Made by a program: the position numbers and the translations under genes. Positions 19,929 to 31,600 of a stretch of 64,000 nt of DNA are shown here, one piece after another. The stretch is from IMG/VR virus record IMGVR_UViG_3300025141_000021; one strand, 5' to 3'. The notes under the pieces are model-generated. The model was not told where the DNA came from, did no database searches, and saw nothing but the letters and a program-made list of their open reading frames with translations. This DNA comes from a virus. Every line of letters begins with the position of its first letter. Position 1 is the stretch's first letter.

Positions 19929-22900
19929 TTACTCGCAAGGTTCTACTGGATCACCGGTAGAAGTGGACAGATTTGCTGCGCGTCGGGCCTCTTCCTTTTC
20001 TCGCGGCTCTAAGAAGCCCAATAGAAGATATATAAAGCCAAATGGTCCGAGAGGGGGGCCAAATCCTAGGAACAAATCGATTGGGCCCAGTAAAATCTGT
20101 AATTTCTGCATGTTCATCTTATCTTGTAGCCACTCATCAATATTATAATCTTCAATGTCGTCGATCAATGTCATCGCCTCATCAACTAAAGCTTTAATTG
20201 CCGGTGGCAGTGGCGGGAGCTTTCCTGTTTTACCATTCCAAGTTGGAGAACATGCCATTACTGCTTCTACGGCAACGTTAATTCCCTGTTGTGCTTCATC
20301 ATAAGTGTTTGCTGCGTTATCCAAAGTGTCTATTGCTGCTTCGGCCACATCTGCTGCCATTGCTCGGGTTTTTTTAGCTTCTTCAAGTGCTTGTCTCAAT
20401 ATTTTTTCAATAATTGTGCGTATTATTCTCGCAATAATAACGTTTGGAGACAATATCTCTGCCAAGCTCTTAATAATCATCAACGGGGTCATAATGATCA
20501 TCTTCGCAATTTCGCCCGCCATGGCTCCTCCGGGAGCGAAGTCGGGTACAGTCGTTGCGTTTCTATCGGCACAAGCTTTCATACCAGCATTGCCACCACT
20601 TTCTACTATTGATTGGTCTTCATAGCGATAATCGGCGCCGAACAATATTGCTTCTAATAATTGCTTTAAATTTATTCTTGTTCCTTCAAATGCAAAACCT
20701 TGAGAAGCTTCTATTGTTTGAACCGCCATTAGCATCGTCGGTAATTGCTGTGCCAGATTAATATCAAAACAGTTCTTGAACAAAAAGTTATATTCTGGTG
20801 TTGCAACCATATCGTTTATAAGATTATTAATTGCATCAGCGCCGTTCCAGTTATTACTATAGATAAGGCTTTGATCGAATTCGGTCTCAACTTCTATTAA
20901 CGGAATTGGATGCATATTTTTCTCTGTTGTTACTGTGGTCGCGGGTTCCTCGGATGGAATAATGTTGACCACCGTCGGGGTTTGTTCGCCAGTAAGGACA
21001 CGCCGAAGATCTCCTTGAGGAGTAAAGAAGCCCGGGCGATCAGAACGTGAGCGAGCGCCCACTTGGATTACATACCACCAATTATCGTTAACGTCTTTTG
21101 CCATAATTCCGTTTTGCCACTCTGCTTTGCCAGAAAACTTTGGGCCAGTCAGATGTTTAAACAGCCAATCGTTTGCATGTTTAAATCCACCGCCATCTGG
21201 ATTATTAACATCTAAATGCTTAAGCAGAGTCAGCATGTCCTGCCTGCGCATTGCCGGCTGGACTACGTGATGCTCAGTGAGCGGCGGCGCACCGTGCGCT
21301 GCCGTGCCGACACCCAGCACTTCCGGCATTGCAGTAATTTTCATTCTCTTCCAGCCCATTCTATGGTCGCCGTATTGGTCGAAGGCGCCCATACCCCCGG
21401 GGATCATATTGCCGTGCATCGCTTGGTAATCGGCCGGATTGCCTGCTGCCCCAATTGGTACGAACGAATTACCATGAGCGCCGCTCGAGTTGTCGGTGAG
21501 GTGCGATTTTGCCCAGCCCACTGCCTCATATCTGGCCTGCATGCTGCCGCCGCTCGGCAGTGGGCTGGGGCCAAGCCGATCATTCGTCACTTCGCTTGGC
21601 CGGCCAACGGGGCCGGCTTCTGGGCCGTTAGCAAATGGACCAACATCATAATCTCCTACATTGCCGAGCGAGCTGTCTCCAATCGTCATAGTCTCGTTTC
21701 GCGTGTGATTAGGATCTCCAGTCGGGTTCTCGGGCGTGGGGTAGGGATTGAAAAGTCTTAAATCTCGATGCCAACTTTTAGCTTTATATTTTTTATCGTC
21801 GCCGCGGACCTGTTTATAATATATTGGTACAACCAGTGCATAAAAAGTATCGTTATCGCCGCCCTCTTCGGCACCAAAGTCTCGATATATACTTTCATTG
21901 CCTGTTATAACTACAGTTGAATTACCGCCAATTTTCTGGTTCGCATATTCTCTCCAAAAAAATGCTTTCTCAAATACTGTTTGTTTAACTTTCTCATTTG
22001 GGTGGTAATGATTTATTAGATTGCCGGCTCGGAAGGGGAAAGCCTTTCCACCACCATTGAGTCCTACATGCCGCTGATTGCCGAAGTCGACTGAGGTGAG
22101 GGGAGGTACAAGCTGCTGGGCATCCCATGAGTACATTGAATATTCTGGAATATTGGACGGAGGTATCCAAACTAATCTTAATCCCCAGCGCCAATCATCG
22201 AAATACTCTGCAAATTTTGTTTTATCTGTAAGGTCATGAACCTCCTGAGAAAAGGCTCCCGGTAAAACATCCAGTGCAAACGAGGGCGAGTTGAGACGGA
22301 AACCCTGTATATATCGCTGCCATGCGCCCGGGCTAACACAGCCGACATAAGGGCAACCAACGTTGTGACTGTTCCTGTCGGAGTAGGTGCTGAGGCCGTC
22401 GACCGTCTCGTTCATAAATGTCTCGTGTCGATTTCGGAAGGGTATTACCCGGGCAACATCCTGCTCGATGATCGCTGTCTGCGATGAGTGGCTCATGATG
22501 TCGGACCAGCCGGCGCTAGTTCTATCGTAAAACGCTCTCAGGCTTGTTTCAGTCCATGTCGGAGTGTTTTCCGGGGCCGAGCCGGGCATGCCATCGACCA
22601 TTCCTGCATCAACAATGCGTATATATTTTTGTAAAGCAAAAGTACCACCATGCTTTGCAAGCAAGGGCAGATCATAGCCTTTTGCTTTGGCATCATCCAA
22701 AAACTGACTAATTGTTTGGCCAACCCACCAGGATGGAAGACTTCTTAAATAATCTTGTGGCGCCGTGAGCGGATTAACTGCAATTGGGGCGCCGGTGGAG
22801 ATTTTTGCATTAGTAACCATCCTCTCAACATCATCGGCTATATCCAGCAACTGTTCGTCCATTATTGTTATAACTGCAGAATCTAAGGCATTTTGATCGG

Positions 22901-25900
22901 TTGATAGGCTAACTGCGCCGGAAGAAAGCGAACGTGAAGTATCTAAAGTAGTTCGGAGTTCATTGACCAGTTCTTTAAGAGTGCCGTTTTGCATTGCAAG
23001 GGCAAATTGTGCAATATGACTATAAAATGCAGAAGGTATCATCTGTGTCGATTTCATGCCCCTACCTGATCTAAGATTCTTCATTTTATTTAAGATTAGC
23101 GGCTTAATGAGATCTGCAAATCCCGCGGCTGTCGGATCATTTCTTAATTTAAATGTGCCTAATTGAGTATTTCCTCCCGTTGTTGTTATCACACTTTTAA
23201 TTGCAGGATCTGAAAACATAAATATACCTTTAACCGAAAAGTCTAAACAATATAAACGTATAACAGCTTTAACAATTGCTCCTACAACCTCTGATGCGAG
23301 ATTATCCTCGCATGGATCATCATGAAAATTTTGCTTAGCTCCTTTAAGCAGCGCTGGAATATCTAATAATTTTCCCGGGGCGCCGGGTGGACACTCATAT
23401 GATCCAAAGAAATCTAATTTATCAAGCGCCCCTGGTTGGAGAAGTGGTAAGTTTTTTAAACGCTCGGCTTCTTGTCGTATAAATTTTAAGTATAATCCGT
23501 GATAGCCGCGGCTCATATGTTTGGCTTTATAGGCAGAGGTCCCGCCCATCGGGGCCGGCCCGCAAATATAAGAATTGATTCCATTCATTATCCGAATATC
23601 ATGCGTCGTGACGGGGTTTTCGTGGGCGTATTTAAGATTAAATGCATTCTTCCATTTGTTTTTTACAAATCTGGCAAAATCTAGAACTTTTGTATTACGA
23701 TTTCTCAAGCTTTCATCAGAGATATCGGTGCCGGGTGACGCCTCAGTAGTGCCTGCTAACGCTTGATACCATGATTGTGCTTCGAAAGCTGATCTTCTTT
23801 CTTGGAACCAATAATTCGACAAGAATTGTCCGTCGGCATTATAAAATTGAAGGGCTTGACTGAGTGGCCTGACGTTGAGCGGGCCGCTGGTCAACAATGT
23901 CAGCTCCATTCTCTTCGTGCCCTTAACAAGTAAACTATAGCGGTCAGTGATCCAGTTAGCGTCCGCCGTGCGGGCCGATCCTAGACGGGCTCGATGTTCT
24001 AACAAATTCGCTTGGCGGGCACTGCCGGCGGATGTTGATGTCGACGCTGTGCGTATAAAAGACATTGCCTCCAACATCTCTCTTTGCTCTTTAAACGGAT
24101 CAAAGTTTTTCCTTTGTATCCTGCCAAAATTATCTGCTGTTATTGTTTCATACTCAGCCTCGATATCAGCTATCATTGAATACGGGGCTAAATAATATTT
24201 TGTTGCAACCATTGCTGGGGAAGAGATGACAATTGGGTTTTCAAGATCGATGTTGAAGATGGAATTGATTGTGATCCATAGGGGCCAGCCAACAACCGGG
24301 TCCGGGCCATCGCCGGGATTGGGGGTACCCACAGCGCCGGTGGTGACAACCTCGCCGGCGTTCAAAATTGTTCCATCGTCTTCCCACCTACCATGAGGCC
24401 AGTCAATTGTTTCTTCTAAGATCTCGACCTTCTGAACGGTGCCCGCTTCGACGTTTCCGTCAGCGTCTTTAGTGCCGTTCAGGGCCGACATGAGCACTCC
24501 CCCGCCTTTTTCTATTTCTAAGGCCTGTTGTTTGCAGCGTGCGATTCTGCGCATATGTCTTTCTAGGGGGTATAGGTTGCCTGATGCATCCTTATCAGCA
24601 GCGCGGGATTGGAACTTGTGTCCTGCGGGCGCTGGCTTAAGGGCGGTGGGATCGCCACCCGGTGGAATGACTTTGCCGGTCTCGATGAGACCACCAGTGC
24701 CATGGAGGTCATCCGGAAACCAGCCAAGATATGTCAATGGAACGAAGACAAGCGTTTGACTTCGATCTGGGCCCAGGAGTTGATTAAGCGGATTGTCGTA
24801 GTCTACTGCGCCTTCTCGTCCAGTTCCAAATACTTCAGCCAATTCGGCATCAAAGGTCATTGCCGGGGCATCAAACAAAACCTTCATTGTTTGGTCGACC
24901 ATGTGTGCAATTGAAGGTATCTCTGCTGGAGCGCCAGGAATCCTAGCTATACACCCAGAGGCCGCGTCTTCAACCGCTTCCAATGGATTAGTGCTGAGAA
25001 TATCGGCTATTGAATTTACATTATCCATAAGCTCTTCTGTTCGTGGATCGGGGAAGGGCCTTGGCACCGGTGTACAAACCGGGCCTCCTCGGATATCCAA
25101 TTCTTCTGCCGCTAGCGTAATCGCATCGCACAATTCTGGATCAACGTTAACTCCCAAAGATTTAAAGAAGTCCGCTATGTTGTTGGTATTTAAGAAAAAG
25201 TCACATTGTGGGGGACTCAAACGCGGATCAATGTCGTTTTGTTCGAAATACAATCGTATGTTTTGTAAAGTTCTGGGGCCTGGTTCGCCTTTTAGCAATT
25301 CGCAAATTTGTGAAGGCGTGAGGAATTTTGATATATCGCCCAATATTTTTGGGCCATTCTCGGCCACAGCGGCTTTTGCTTCAGGGTCTAATCCTATATC
25401 ATCGTCAAGCCAATGGGGGTCCGTATTACCAGTATCAACCAAGTCGTTCATATCTTCTGTGCCTGGCTCCGGAGATGCCGCGGCCAAACAGGCTTCCAAT
25501 AATTGTGTTAATACTTCAAGCAATATCCGAATAATGGTCTGGATTATCATTTTTTTAATGGCTTCTTCAATTTCTTCCATCGCCATTTTTTTAATGTCTA
25601 ATACTGGCAACTTTGGAATAAACATTGAGGGAGTTATTGGCGGGAGATGTTGACCAAATCGATCCTTAATGCCCGCAAAGCTTTCAACCATGGCTGCGGC
25701 ATTTTCTGCAGTCTCCATAGCCGAATCGGCAATTGATCTTACGTTATTTACCATATCTGTTGGATTTGGCAGATCGCCGGCTTCTATGCCAGCGTTAGGA
25801 ATTTGTGCCAAAAGACATTCCATTGCCATGGCGGCAATTTGTTGAAGTCCATATTTATTTAGAATTTGGTCATAGGTGACCATTATTTTCTCCATGGCCT

Positions 25901-27683
25901 TACGTGCCTTTTCGATCTTCTCCATTCCCTTTTGTAAGGCCTCTGGTGCAGTATTAATCTGCTCCACCATTTCTTTTCTAGATAAATTCTTTTTGCTAGC
26001 TTTCTTTTTAAATGCTATGCCAGCTTTCTTTCTTCTTCTTTCTTCTTTTTTCTTTGACGCCCGTGTTTTGTGAGGTGTCGCTTTTTCGTCATTTTTGCGC
26101 AGCGTCTCATCAGTGCTTTCTTCACCGGGGGTCGACCATTTAATTTTAACTAGAGGATATATAAATCTTTGAATAAACATTTCCCAGTTGTTGCCAAATT
26201 CAGTATTTGGCTTTGGGTGGAGGTATCCGTCTATTAACTTAGTATGTTGAATTAACGTATGTGTACGAGCACTTATGTCTCTTAATTTTTTGGCTCCTGG
26301 AGTATTAAAGCCGTGTTCTGACGATCTTTCAAATAAGGCCTGTTCATTCAGTACGGTGCTTACATTCTTTTTTAAAATTAGGAATTCAAGATCATGATTT
26401 CCTGAAAGTCCAAGTTCTAATTCTGAATCGGCCGGCATCGGCCAAACTCCAAATTTTTCTAATGCACTTCTAAATTTTGGAAGATATTGTTCATATCGGT
26501 CCACTTCTTGGCTCATATCCAAGCTTCCAACATCTAGGCCATCGCTTTTTGCGCTTTCTACCTTGCTATGGATTCTTCCCATGAGCTTGGCAACTCTTTC
26601 AACTCTCTGGTGCATGCGCTGGGGGTCAAGGTCGAGTTGTCCGCTAACATCAGGATCCAACTCTTCTGCAGTAAGTGTTAAAATATGTTCTGCCCCAACA
26701 CGATTGCGAACATCATTGGCGTTGGAAGTGATAAGGCTTGGTATGCCATCAAGTTCTAGAGCAGAGATCTTAAGCAATACATATGTCACATCTGAAAGAT
26801 ATGCGTCTTCGTTAACAATTGAAACTTTTGTTTTGAGAACTTCTAAATCAATGCCAGAAGTATCTTTGTTAAAATGTGAAAGAAAATTATCTCTAGCCGC
26901 TTCTTGTGCCTGCGAATATAATATTTCAAGATCTTGTGAGGATGGGCCGGCCCTCGGCGCAGTATGTGTATACCAATAATCTGGTTGTTGGTTGTTCTCC
27001 TGGCCATTCCATCCCTTTGCGGGGCCCCATGGATTTGGATCATGTGTTGTCCAGTCCATGGACTGGATCAACTGCCAGCCTCCAAGTTCGTCGACGGCGG
27101 TGACAGGCACTTTTACAATTACATGTACCCATACTGCATCGGTACCACAAGCAAAATTTCCAGTTTGTGACCAGCTTAAAGCGATATCTCTAGCTTGTCC
27201 TCCATCCCAGGAAAGATTGTTTGATGGATTGGGTTCGGGATTTTCTGGCCCATACCATTCGCTAACGCCCTGGCGGGTATTGGCCGGAATTTCAATGGGT
27301 GTCGATGTTCCGGGAAGAGTATAAGCGGTGGTGGCGCGTTCAACGGTCATCTGCCAAAACGTGGCAGAGTTAACTAAATCTGGAGCCTTGGCTTCATCTT
27401 TATTTTGAGATCTTAATATGCTTTTGATCGCATCGAGTTTGGCATTATTAATTGCCTCTTCCGCGGATCCAACAAGACCAAAGGTTGGTACGTCGCTGCC
27501 GCCGGCTCTGCTATGCCACTGGGTCTCTGTAGTACCATCTTGCCTTTCTGCATCGGCAGCGCTACGTATTCTTATTGCTTTTCCGGTCGCGACATAATCA
27601 TCTCCAAGCGTTGTTGGATCTTTAAACCTTGTTAAGTCATACGGCGTTTGTTCGTTTGCGGCATTTTCTGGATATTGTGGCAT
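19929..27683 (-). CDS. Giant hypothetical virion protein (2584 aa)
   Basis: Uninterrupted ORF between the spike and gp25-like genes. Largely helical, with coiled-coil, Lys-rich and hydrophobic segments. No catalytic motif recognised. Confidence 0.75.
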   Translation of the reverse strand: MPQYPENAANEQTPYDLTRFKDPTTLGDDYVATGKAIRIRSAADAERQDGTTETQWHSRAGGSDVPTFGLVGSAEEAINNAKLDAIKSILRSQNKDEAKAPDLVNSATFWQMTVERATTAYTLPGTSTPIEIPANTRQGVSEWYGPENPEPNPSNNLSWDGGQARDIALSWSQTGNFACGTDAVWVHVIVKVPVTAVDELGGWQLIQSMDWTTHDPNPWGPAKGWNGQENNQQPDYWYTHTAPRAGPSSQDLEILYSQAQEAARDNFLSHFNKDTSGIDLEVLKTKVSIVNEDAYLSDVTYVLLKISALELDGIPSLITSNANDVRNRVGAEHILTLTAEELDPDVSGQLDLDPQRMHQRVERVAKLMGRIHSKVESAKSDGLDVGSLDMSQEVDRYEQYLPKFRSALEKFGVWPMPADSELELGLSGNHDLEFLILKKNVSTVLNEQALFERSSEHGFNTPGAKKLRDISARTHTLIQHTKLIDGYLHPKPNTEFGNNWEMFIQRFIYPLVKIKWSTPGEESTDETLRKNDEKATPHKTRASKKKEERRRKKAGIAFKKKASKKNLSRKEMVEQINTAPEALQKGMEKIEKARKAMEKIMVTYDQILNKYGLQQIAAMAMECLLAQIPNAGIEAGDLPNPTDMVNNVRSIADSAMETAENAAAMVESFAGIKDRFGQHLPPITPSMFIPKLPVLDIKKMAMEEIEEAIKKMIIQTIIRILLEVLTQLLEACLAAASPEPGTEDMNDLVDTGNTDPHWLDDDIGLDPEAKAAVAENGPKILGDISKFLTPSQICELLKGEPGPRTLQNIRLYFEQNDIDPRLSPPQCDFFLNTNNIADFFKSLGVNVDPELCDAITLAAEELDIRGGPVCTPVPRPFPDPRTEELMDNVNSIADILSTNPLEAVEDAASGCIARIPGAPAEIPSIAHMVDQTMKVLFDAPAMTFDAELAEVFGTGREGAVDYDNPLNQLLGPDRSQTLVFVPLTYLGWFPDDLHGTGGLIETGKVIPPGGDPTALKPAPAGHKFQSRAADKDASGNLYPLERHMRRIARCKQQALEIEKGGGVLMSALNGTKDADGNVEAGTVQKVEILEETIDWPHGRWEDDGTILNAGEVVTTGAVGTPNPGDGPDPVVGWPLWITINSIFNIDLENPIVISSPAMVATKYYLAPYSMIADIEAEYETITADNFGRIQRKNFDPFKEQREMLEAMSFIRTASTSTSAGSARQANLLEHRARLGSARTADANWITDRYSLLVKGTKRMELTLLTSGPLNVRPLSQALQFYNADGQFLSNYWFQERRSAFEAQSWYQALAGTTEASPGTDISDESLRNRNTKVLDFARFVKNKWKNAFNLKYAHENPVTTHDIRIMNGINSYICGPAPMGGTSAYKAKHMSRGYHGLYLKFIRQEAERLKNLPLLQPGALDKLDFFGSYECPPGAPGKLLDIPALLKGAKQNFHDDPCEDNLASEVVGAIVKAVIRLYCLDFSVKGIFMFSDPAIKSVITTTGGNTQLGTFKLRNDPTAAGFADLIKPLILNKMKNLRSGRGMKSTQMIPSAFYSHIAQFALAMQNGTLKELVNELRTTLDTSRSLSSGAVSLSTDQNALDSAVITIMDEQLLDIADDVERMVTNAKISTGAPIAVNPLTAPQDYLRSLPSWWVGQTISQFLDDAKAKGYDLPLLAKHGGTFALQKYIRIVDAGMVDGMPGSAPENTPTWTETSLRAFYDRTSAGWSDIMSHSSQTAIIEQDVARVIPFRNRHETFMNETVDGLSTYSDRNSHNVGCPYVGCVSPGAWQRYIQGFRLNSPSFALDVLPGAFSQEVHDLTDKTKFAEYFDDWRWGLRLVWIPPSNIPEYSMYSWDAQQLVPPLTSVDFGNQRHVGLNGGGKAFPFRAGNLINHYHPNEKVKQTVFEKAFFWREYANQKIGGNSTVVITGNESIYRDFGAEEGGDNDTFYALVVPIYYKQVRGDDKKYKAKSWHRDLRLFNPYPTPENPTGDPNHTRNETMTIGDSSLGNVGDYDVGPFANGPEAGPVGRPSEVTNDRLGPSPLPSGGSMQARYEAVGWAKSHLTDNSSGAHGNSFVPIGAAGNPADYQAMHGNMIPGGMGAFDQYGDHRMGWKRMKITAMPEVLGVGTAAHGAPPLTEHHVVQPAMRRQDMLTLLKHLDVNNPDGGGFKHANDWLFKHLTGPKFSGKAEWQNGIMAKDVNDNWWYVIQVGARSRSDRPGFFTPQGDLRRVLTGEQTPTVVNIIPSEEPATTVTTEKNMHPIPLIEVETEFDQSLIYSNNWNGADAINNLINDMVATPEYNFLFKNCFDINLAQQLPTMLMAVQTIEASQGFAFEGTRINLKQLLEAILFGADYRYEDQSIVESGGNAGMKACADRNATTVPDFAPGGAMAGEIAKMIIMTPLMIIKSLAEILSPNVIIARIIRTIIEKILRQALEEAKKTRAMAADVAEAAIDTLDNAANTYDEAQQGINVAVEAVMACSPTWNGKTGKLPPLPPAIKALVDEAMTLIDDIEDYNIDEWLQDKMNMQKLQILLGPIDLFLGFGPPLGPFGFIYLLLGFLEPREKEEARRAANLSTSTGDPVEPCE

Positions 27684-27691
27684 ACTTTATT

Positions 27692-28666
27692 CTAATTCGT
27701 GCTATTAAAGCGGCTATTGATGTATTTTGCGCCGGCTTGTGATAGATAATTTGTTCGAAAGTTTATTAAATTTGTTCGATTTAGTGTTAATTGCACCATT
27801 CCCTGTTGTAACAAATTAACACAAGATTTAATTCCCACAGCCATAACAATCGGAGATGGAGTTGTTGTTAAGCCAAAGAATGGTGAATGATGCCAATGAT
27901 TTTGGATTGCATTATTATATTCCATCTGGGTTGTGAGAATCGTATCCACCAAGCCATTTAACGTTTCTACTTGTTGAGCTAATACTTCAATTGCTTCAGC
28001 AAGATTTTTCCCTTTTACTAGCGGCTGCAGTTCATATACTGTTGATTTTGCACCTGGAGCCATCGGATCAAATTGTAAATCGGTATAATTTCCTGCAATT
28101 AATTCAATTCCTCCCACGGAATTTAAAGATGCCCCTTGAGAATTTTTAGCGTCTCCTTTTGTCACGATTTTAATCGTCTCTCGACCAACTATTCTAACGT
28201 GATCTGCTTTTAGTGCAATTGCTGATCGAGGAGCCTCTTCTCCGGAGGGCAATTGTGATGTCCCAACATTACCCGGCACTATCTTAAAGTTGGTGTCAAT
28301 TTGGGTTTTCTGGCTTATATAAATTCTAGCAGCGTCTGAGTGATAAAAACTTCCGTCTTTATCAACATCGCAAAAAACAGGATCAACAATAACATCAGAT
28401 TTTGGTTCTGGACCCATTCTACCGACAACAATGTCAATTGAGCCGGCTTGAGTGTCGCCTCTTCCTCCGTAGCCGCTAGCGAAGCTTCGTGGGCGATCAC
28501 GGCCTAATACAATCCAACTATTGTTTTCGCCCTCGATTATCTTTTCGCAAGGAGCCTTATCAAATAAAGGTATCGGCTCAGCGAGTTTGTCACATTCTAT
28601 TCCTAATAATTCCGGATTTGTTGGTGGGCCGTCGTCGCCAAAATTGCTAGCTTTTTTACTTACCAT
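27692..28666 (-). CDS. Baseplate central spike (gp5 C-terminal / gpV-gp138-like) with HxH tip motif (324 aa)
   Basis: Beta-helix-like stretch (IVLGRDR, ARIYISQKT, AIALKADHVRIVGRETIKIVT), then a coiled coil and QNHWHHSPF (27887-27898). Sits in the baseplate module. Confidence 0.6.
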   Translation of the reverse strand: MVSKKASNFGDDGPPTNPELLGIECDKLAEPIPLFDKAPCEKIIEGENNSWIVLGRDRPRSFASGYGGRGDTQAGSIDIVVGRMGPEPKSDVIVDPVFCDVDKDGSFYHSDAARIYISQKTQIDTNFKIVPGNVGTSQLPSGEEAPRSAIALKADHVRIVGRETIKIVTKGDAKNSQGASLNSVGGIELIAGNYTDLQFDPMAPGAKSTVYELQPLVKGKNLAEAIEVLAQQVETLNGLVDTILTTQMEYNNAIQNHWHHSPFFGLTTTPSPIVMAVGIKSCVNLLQQGMVQLTLNRTNLINFRTNYLSQAGAKYINSRFNSTN

Positions 28667-28674
28667 AATTCCCT

Positions 28675-31600
28675 CTAATTAAACGTGGCGTCCCACACTG
28701 CGCCGAAGAAGCCCTCTCCAGCTGCCTTCTCTTCAGTGAATCTTCCAGACCAGCCAAGATTTTCACGGCGTTCTTCTTCCGCGGCTTTGGCGGCTTCGGC
28801 TTCTTCCGCTGCGCGGAGTGCGGCTGCGTCTGCAGCTGCTTTATTTCTTGCCGCGGCTTCCCTATCAGCTTTTTCACGCCATGCTTGTGACTTTTCGGCG
28901 TGATCAGGAAGATCAGCAGCCGACATGACGACACAGAACCCGCCGCCGGTGACCTTTGTTGGTTTGCTGCGTATCGACCCGTCGGACGTGGGGCCCCAGT
29001 TGTTGTGGGGTGTGAAGGGAATGGGCTTGCCATATGGATTATTGTTTCCGGCCCAACGCCAGGCCGGATGTTCGCCCGTGCCGTTCCATATTTTGGAGGG
29101 TAGCTTATAGGCGCCGGCTTTATGGAACGTCATGACCTGGCCAGACTTCTTGTTTGTATTATCACCGCGGGGTCCAGATGGACTATCCGGGCCGCGAAGA
29201 TAGGAAATGTGGATCCAAGTAGGCGCAAATTTATCGACGCCGGCGGCGCCGTTGCTGCTTTCTAGAATAAGCTGACCAAATGGAAGCCCGCTTTCTGCAA
29301 TCCAGTGAAAAACCTCTGCAACTGCAGCTAATGTCGCGCTGTCTTTGCGGAGGGCGTATTTGTCGCCGTATACACCGGTGTCGGGTCGTCCGTAGCCGGT
29401 GGCATATTCCTTTGGCACGATCCATATGTCTGCCGCTTGACCGTGATTGTGTTGTGAGCTTGCAACGCCATTGACTGCAGTATTGTGTGCGATAGATCTC
29501 AAGGCAGAATTAATTAACAGAGTGTTGCCAAACTGTTCTTTAATTGGCTCCAATAATTCTCTCACAAGATTTCGAAAATCTACAATTCGACCTGGCGGAT
29601 CAAGATCCTTGCCGGTGGTCGATTTTGTTGTGGTTTTTGCCTCCCATTGATTACACTCTTTATAAATTGTAGTCGACCCAAATTTTCTTTTATCTGGGCC
29701 AGACTCTTCTGGGCTAATTTGCAATTTTGCGAACTTCGGTAATTTGAAATCATCTGGAAATTTATGGCCAATTACTGGATTATCTTTGCAATCGCCTTTG
29801 GAACACGTTGAGCATGAACAATCTTCTCTAGGGGGCCAATAGCCTTCATTACAAACTCCGACTGATTTGTCGATATGTTGTTTTAATGATTTCTTGGCTT
29901 CTTCGCATTCTTCACATTTTTGTTCAGCTTGGCCTGTTCCTTTTGGCACTTGATTTTCTGCAGTGGTGGCCACAGGTGTTGCGGTGGGATAATCTGAAGC
30001 AGTCGAGTCGACTGGGCGTACTTTTGCTAAAAATGCCGCGGCAACCCACGCGCCGCCTTCTGGAATATCATGTAGATTACCAGCTTGGCTAGCGTCCCAT
30101 TTAATTATACCTTGATCATCCGGTGCTGGCTTTTCTGCTCGGTCAAAATGATACCACATATCATTACCACCCACCGCGTAGCCTTTTTGCGCATGGCCCG
30201 TCATGCGTAGCTTGGTTTTTCTAGGAAGGGAGTTCCATGGCGGTTCCGATTTGGCGCCCAGTGGGCCGCCGGCTGGAGGAGCAACTTTTCTTATATTCAT
30301 CATTCCAAATTGCTTTTTTACGTTTATGAAATTAAAGCGACCGATATGTTGCAGCATTGTTTCTAGGTTAATGGCCTTGTGGCGCGCCTGGGCAAGGGCT
30401 GCCTCCCAGTAGCCCACGCAGAAGCCGCTAGCCGTTTCCGCGGTCTCCATGGCGAGGTCAAATTGATCGAGTGTGCTCAGTGTATCCATATAAAAATCGT
30501 TGTTTTCTCCAAGCCCAAAGCCTTCTATCTCATTATCAACCTCGGCCCGTATGCCTGAAGCCAACTCAAGCAAGGCCTGTATCTGGCCGGCCTGATCGGT
30601 AGATTTACTGAGGCCTTGTTCCGCGGCAGGGATATTTCGAAAACCAGATTGCGCAATTTGCTCTTTCATATCAGCAACGTCTTGACTCATCTCAGAAATA
30701 ATTGTATTTATTTCATCAGTTTTTTCTCGCATACTAGGAATAGCAGATTGTACAATATAAATAAATGCCTGTTGTTCGAGAACTGTCAGCTGAGAAACTT
30801 CTTCGGAGAGCATTCCTTCAATTGAAGCTATTTCATCTTCTAAGTCGGTGAAGGTATCATCAGAATCTAAAGATGCATCGTTAACGTCGATACCTGCGTC
30901 CTCAAGCTCTCCTGGCAATTGAGCTGCTTCGGCTGCGTCGTCGTCGAGGACTTGTGATACTTCACTAGCAGAAGTTTGTACATCAGTATCTGGATTGACT
31001 AGGGGCTCCTCCTCGGATTGAAAAAGTTCTGCGAGTAATGTCTCTGTAGCGCTCCTTTGCGCCATCCAATCTCCATCCGGTACCACAGGAAGGCTTGCGG
31101 CATCGCCATGCAGATGTTGTTGCTCGCCGGCCATAAAAGCGGTTCGAGCGGGTGAGTCTCCTTCTGGAGCAGTTGCTTGTGTTTTGTAGGGACAAGGTGG
31201 TTCAATATCTTCACACTCAAATGTTGTTTTGGGTGGTTCTTCATCTATAATCCCAGTCCACACACCAGAATCAAACTCGGTCTTAGAATCGAACTTTACT
31301 TCAACCGTCTGGCCAGCAATTGGCTTTGGTAAGTGTGGCCACTTTGCTGTAAAAACGGGATACATATCTATAATCTTATTGGTTCTCATAGCCGCATCGC
31401 TTGTATCGCCTGGAACCGGCAAGCATTCTGGATGCGGAAGTACCTGTCCCTGCAGTTCGGGAATAAATACTTTAATTCTTGCTAAGGCTTTACTAAATCG
31501 AATTTTTTTAAGCCACCTTCCATGAGGCATATCTGGGGCAAAACTATCTTTTGTCCACTCTGGCTCAACCCTTAAAATAAGTCCCGTATAAGTTGTGCCC

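Noticed and set aside
28656-29033. 125-aa alternative-frame ORF over the 3' end of the M15 gene
   Set aside because: It is the frame-shifted reading of an Ala/Glu low-complexity tail in a GC-rich patch; I saw no SD or slippery site.
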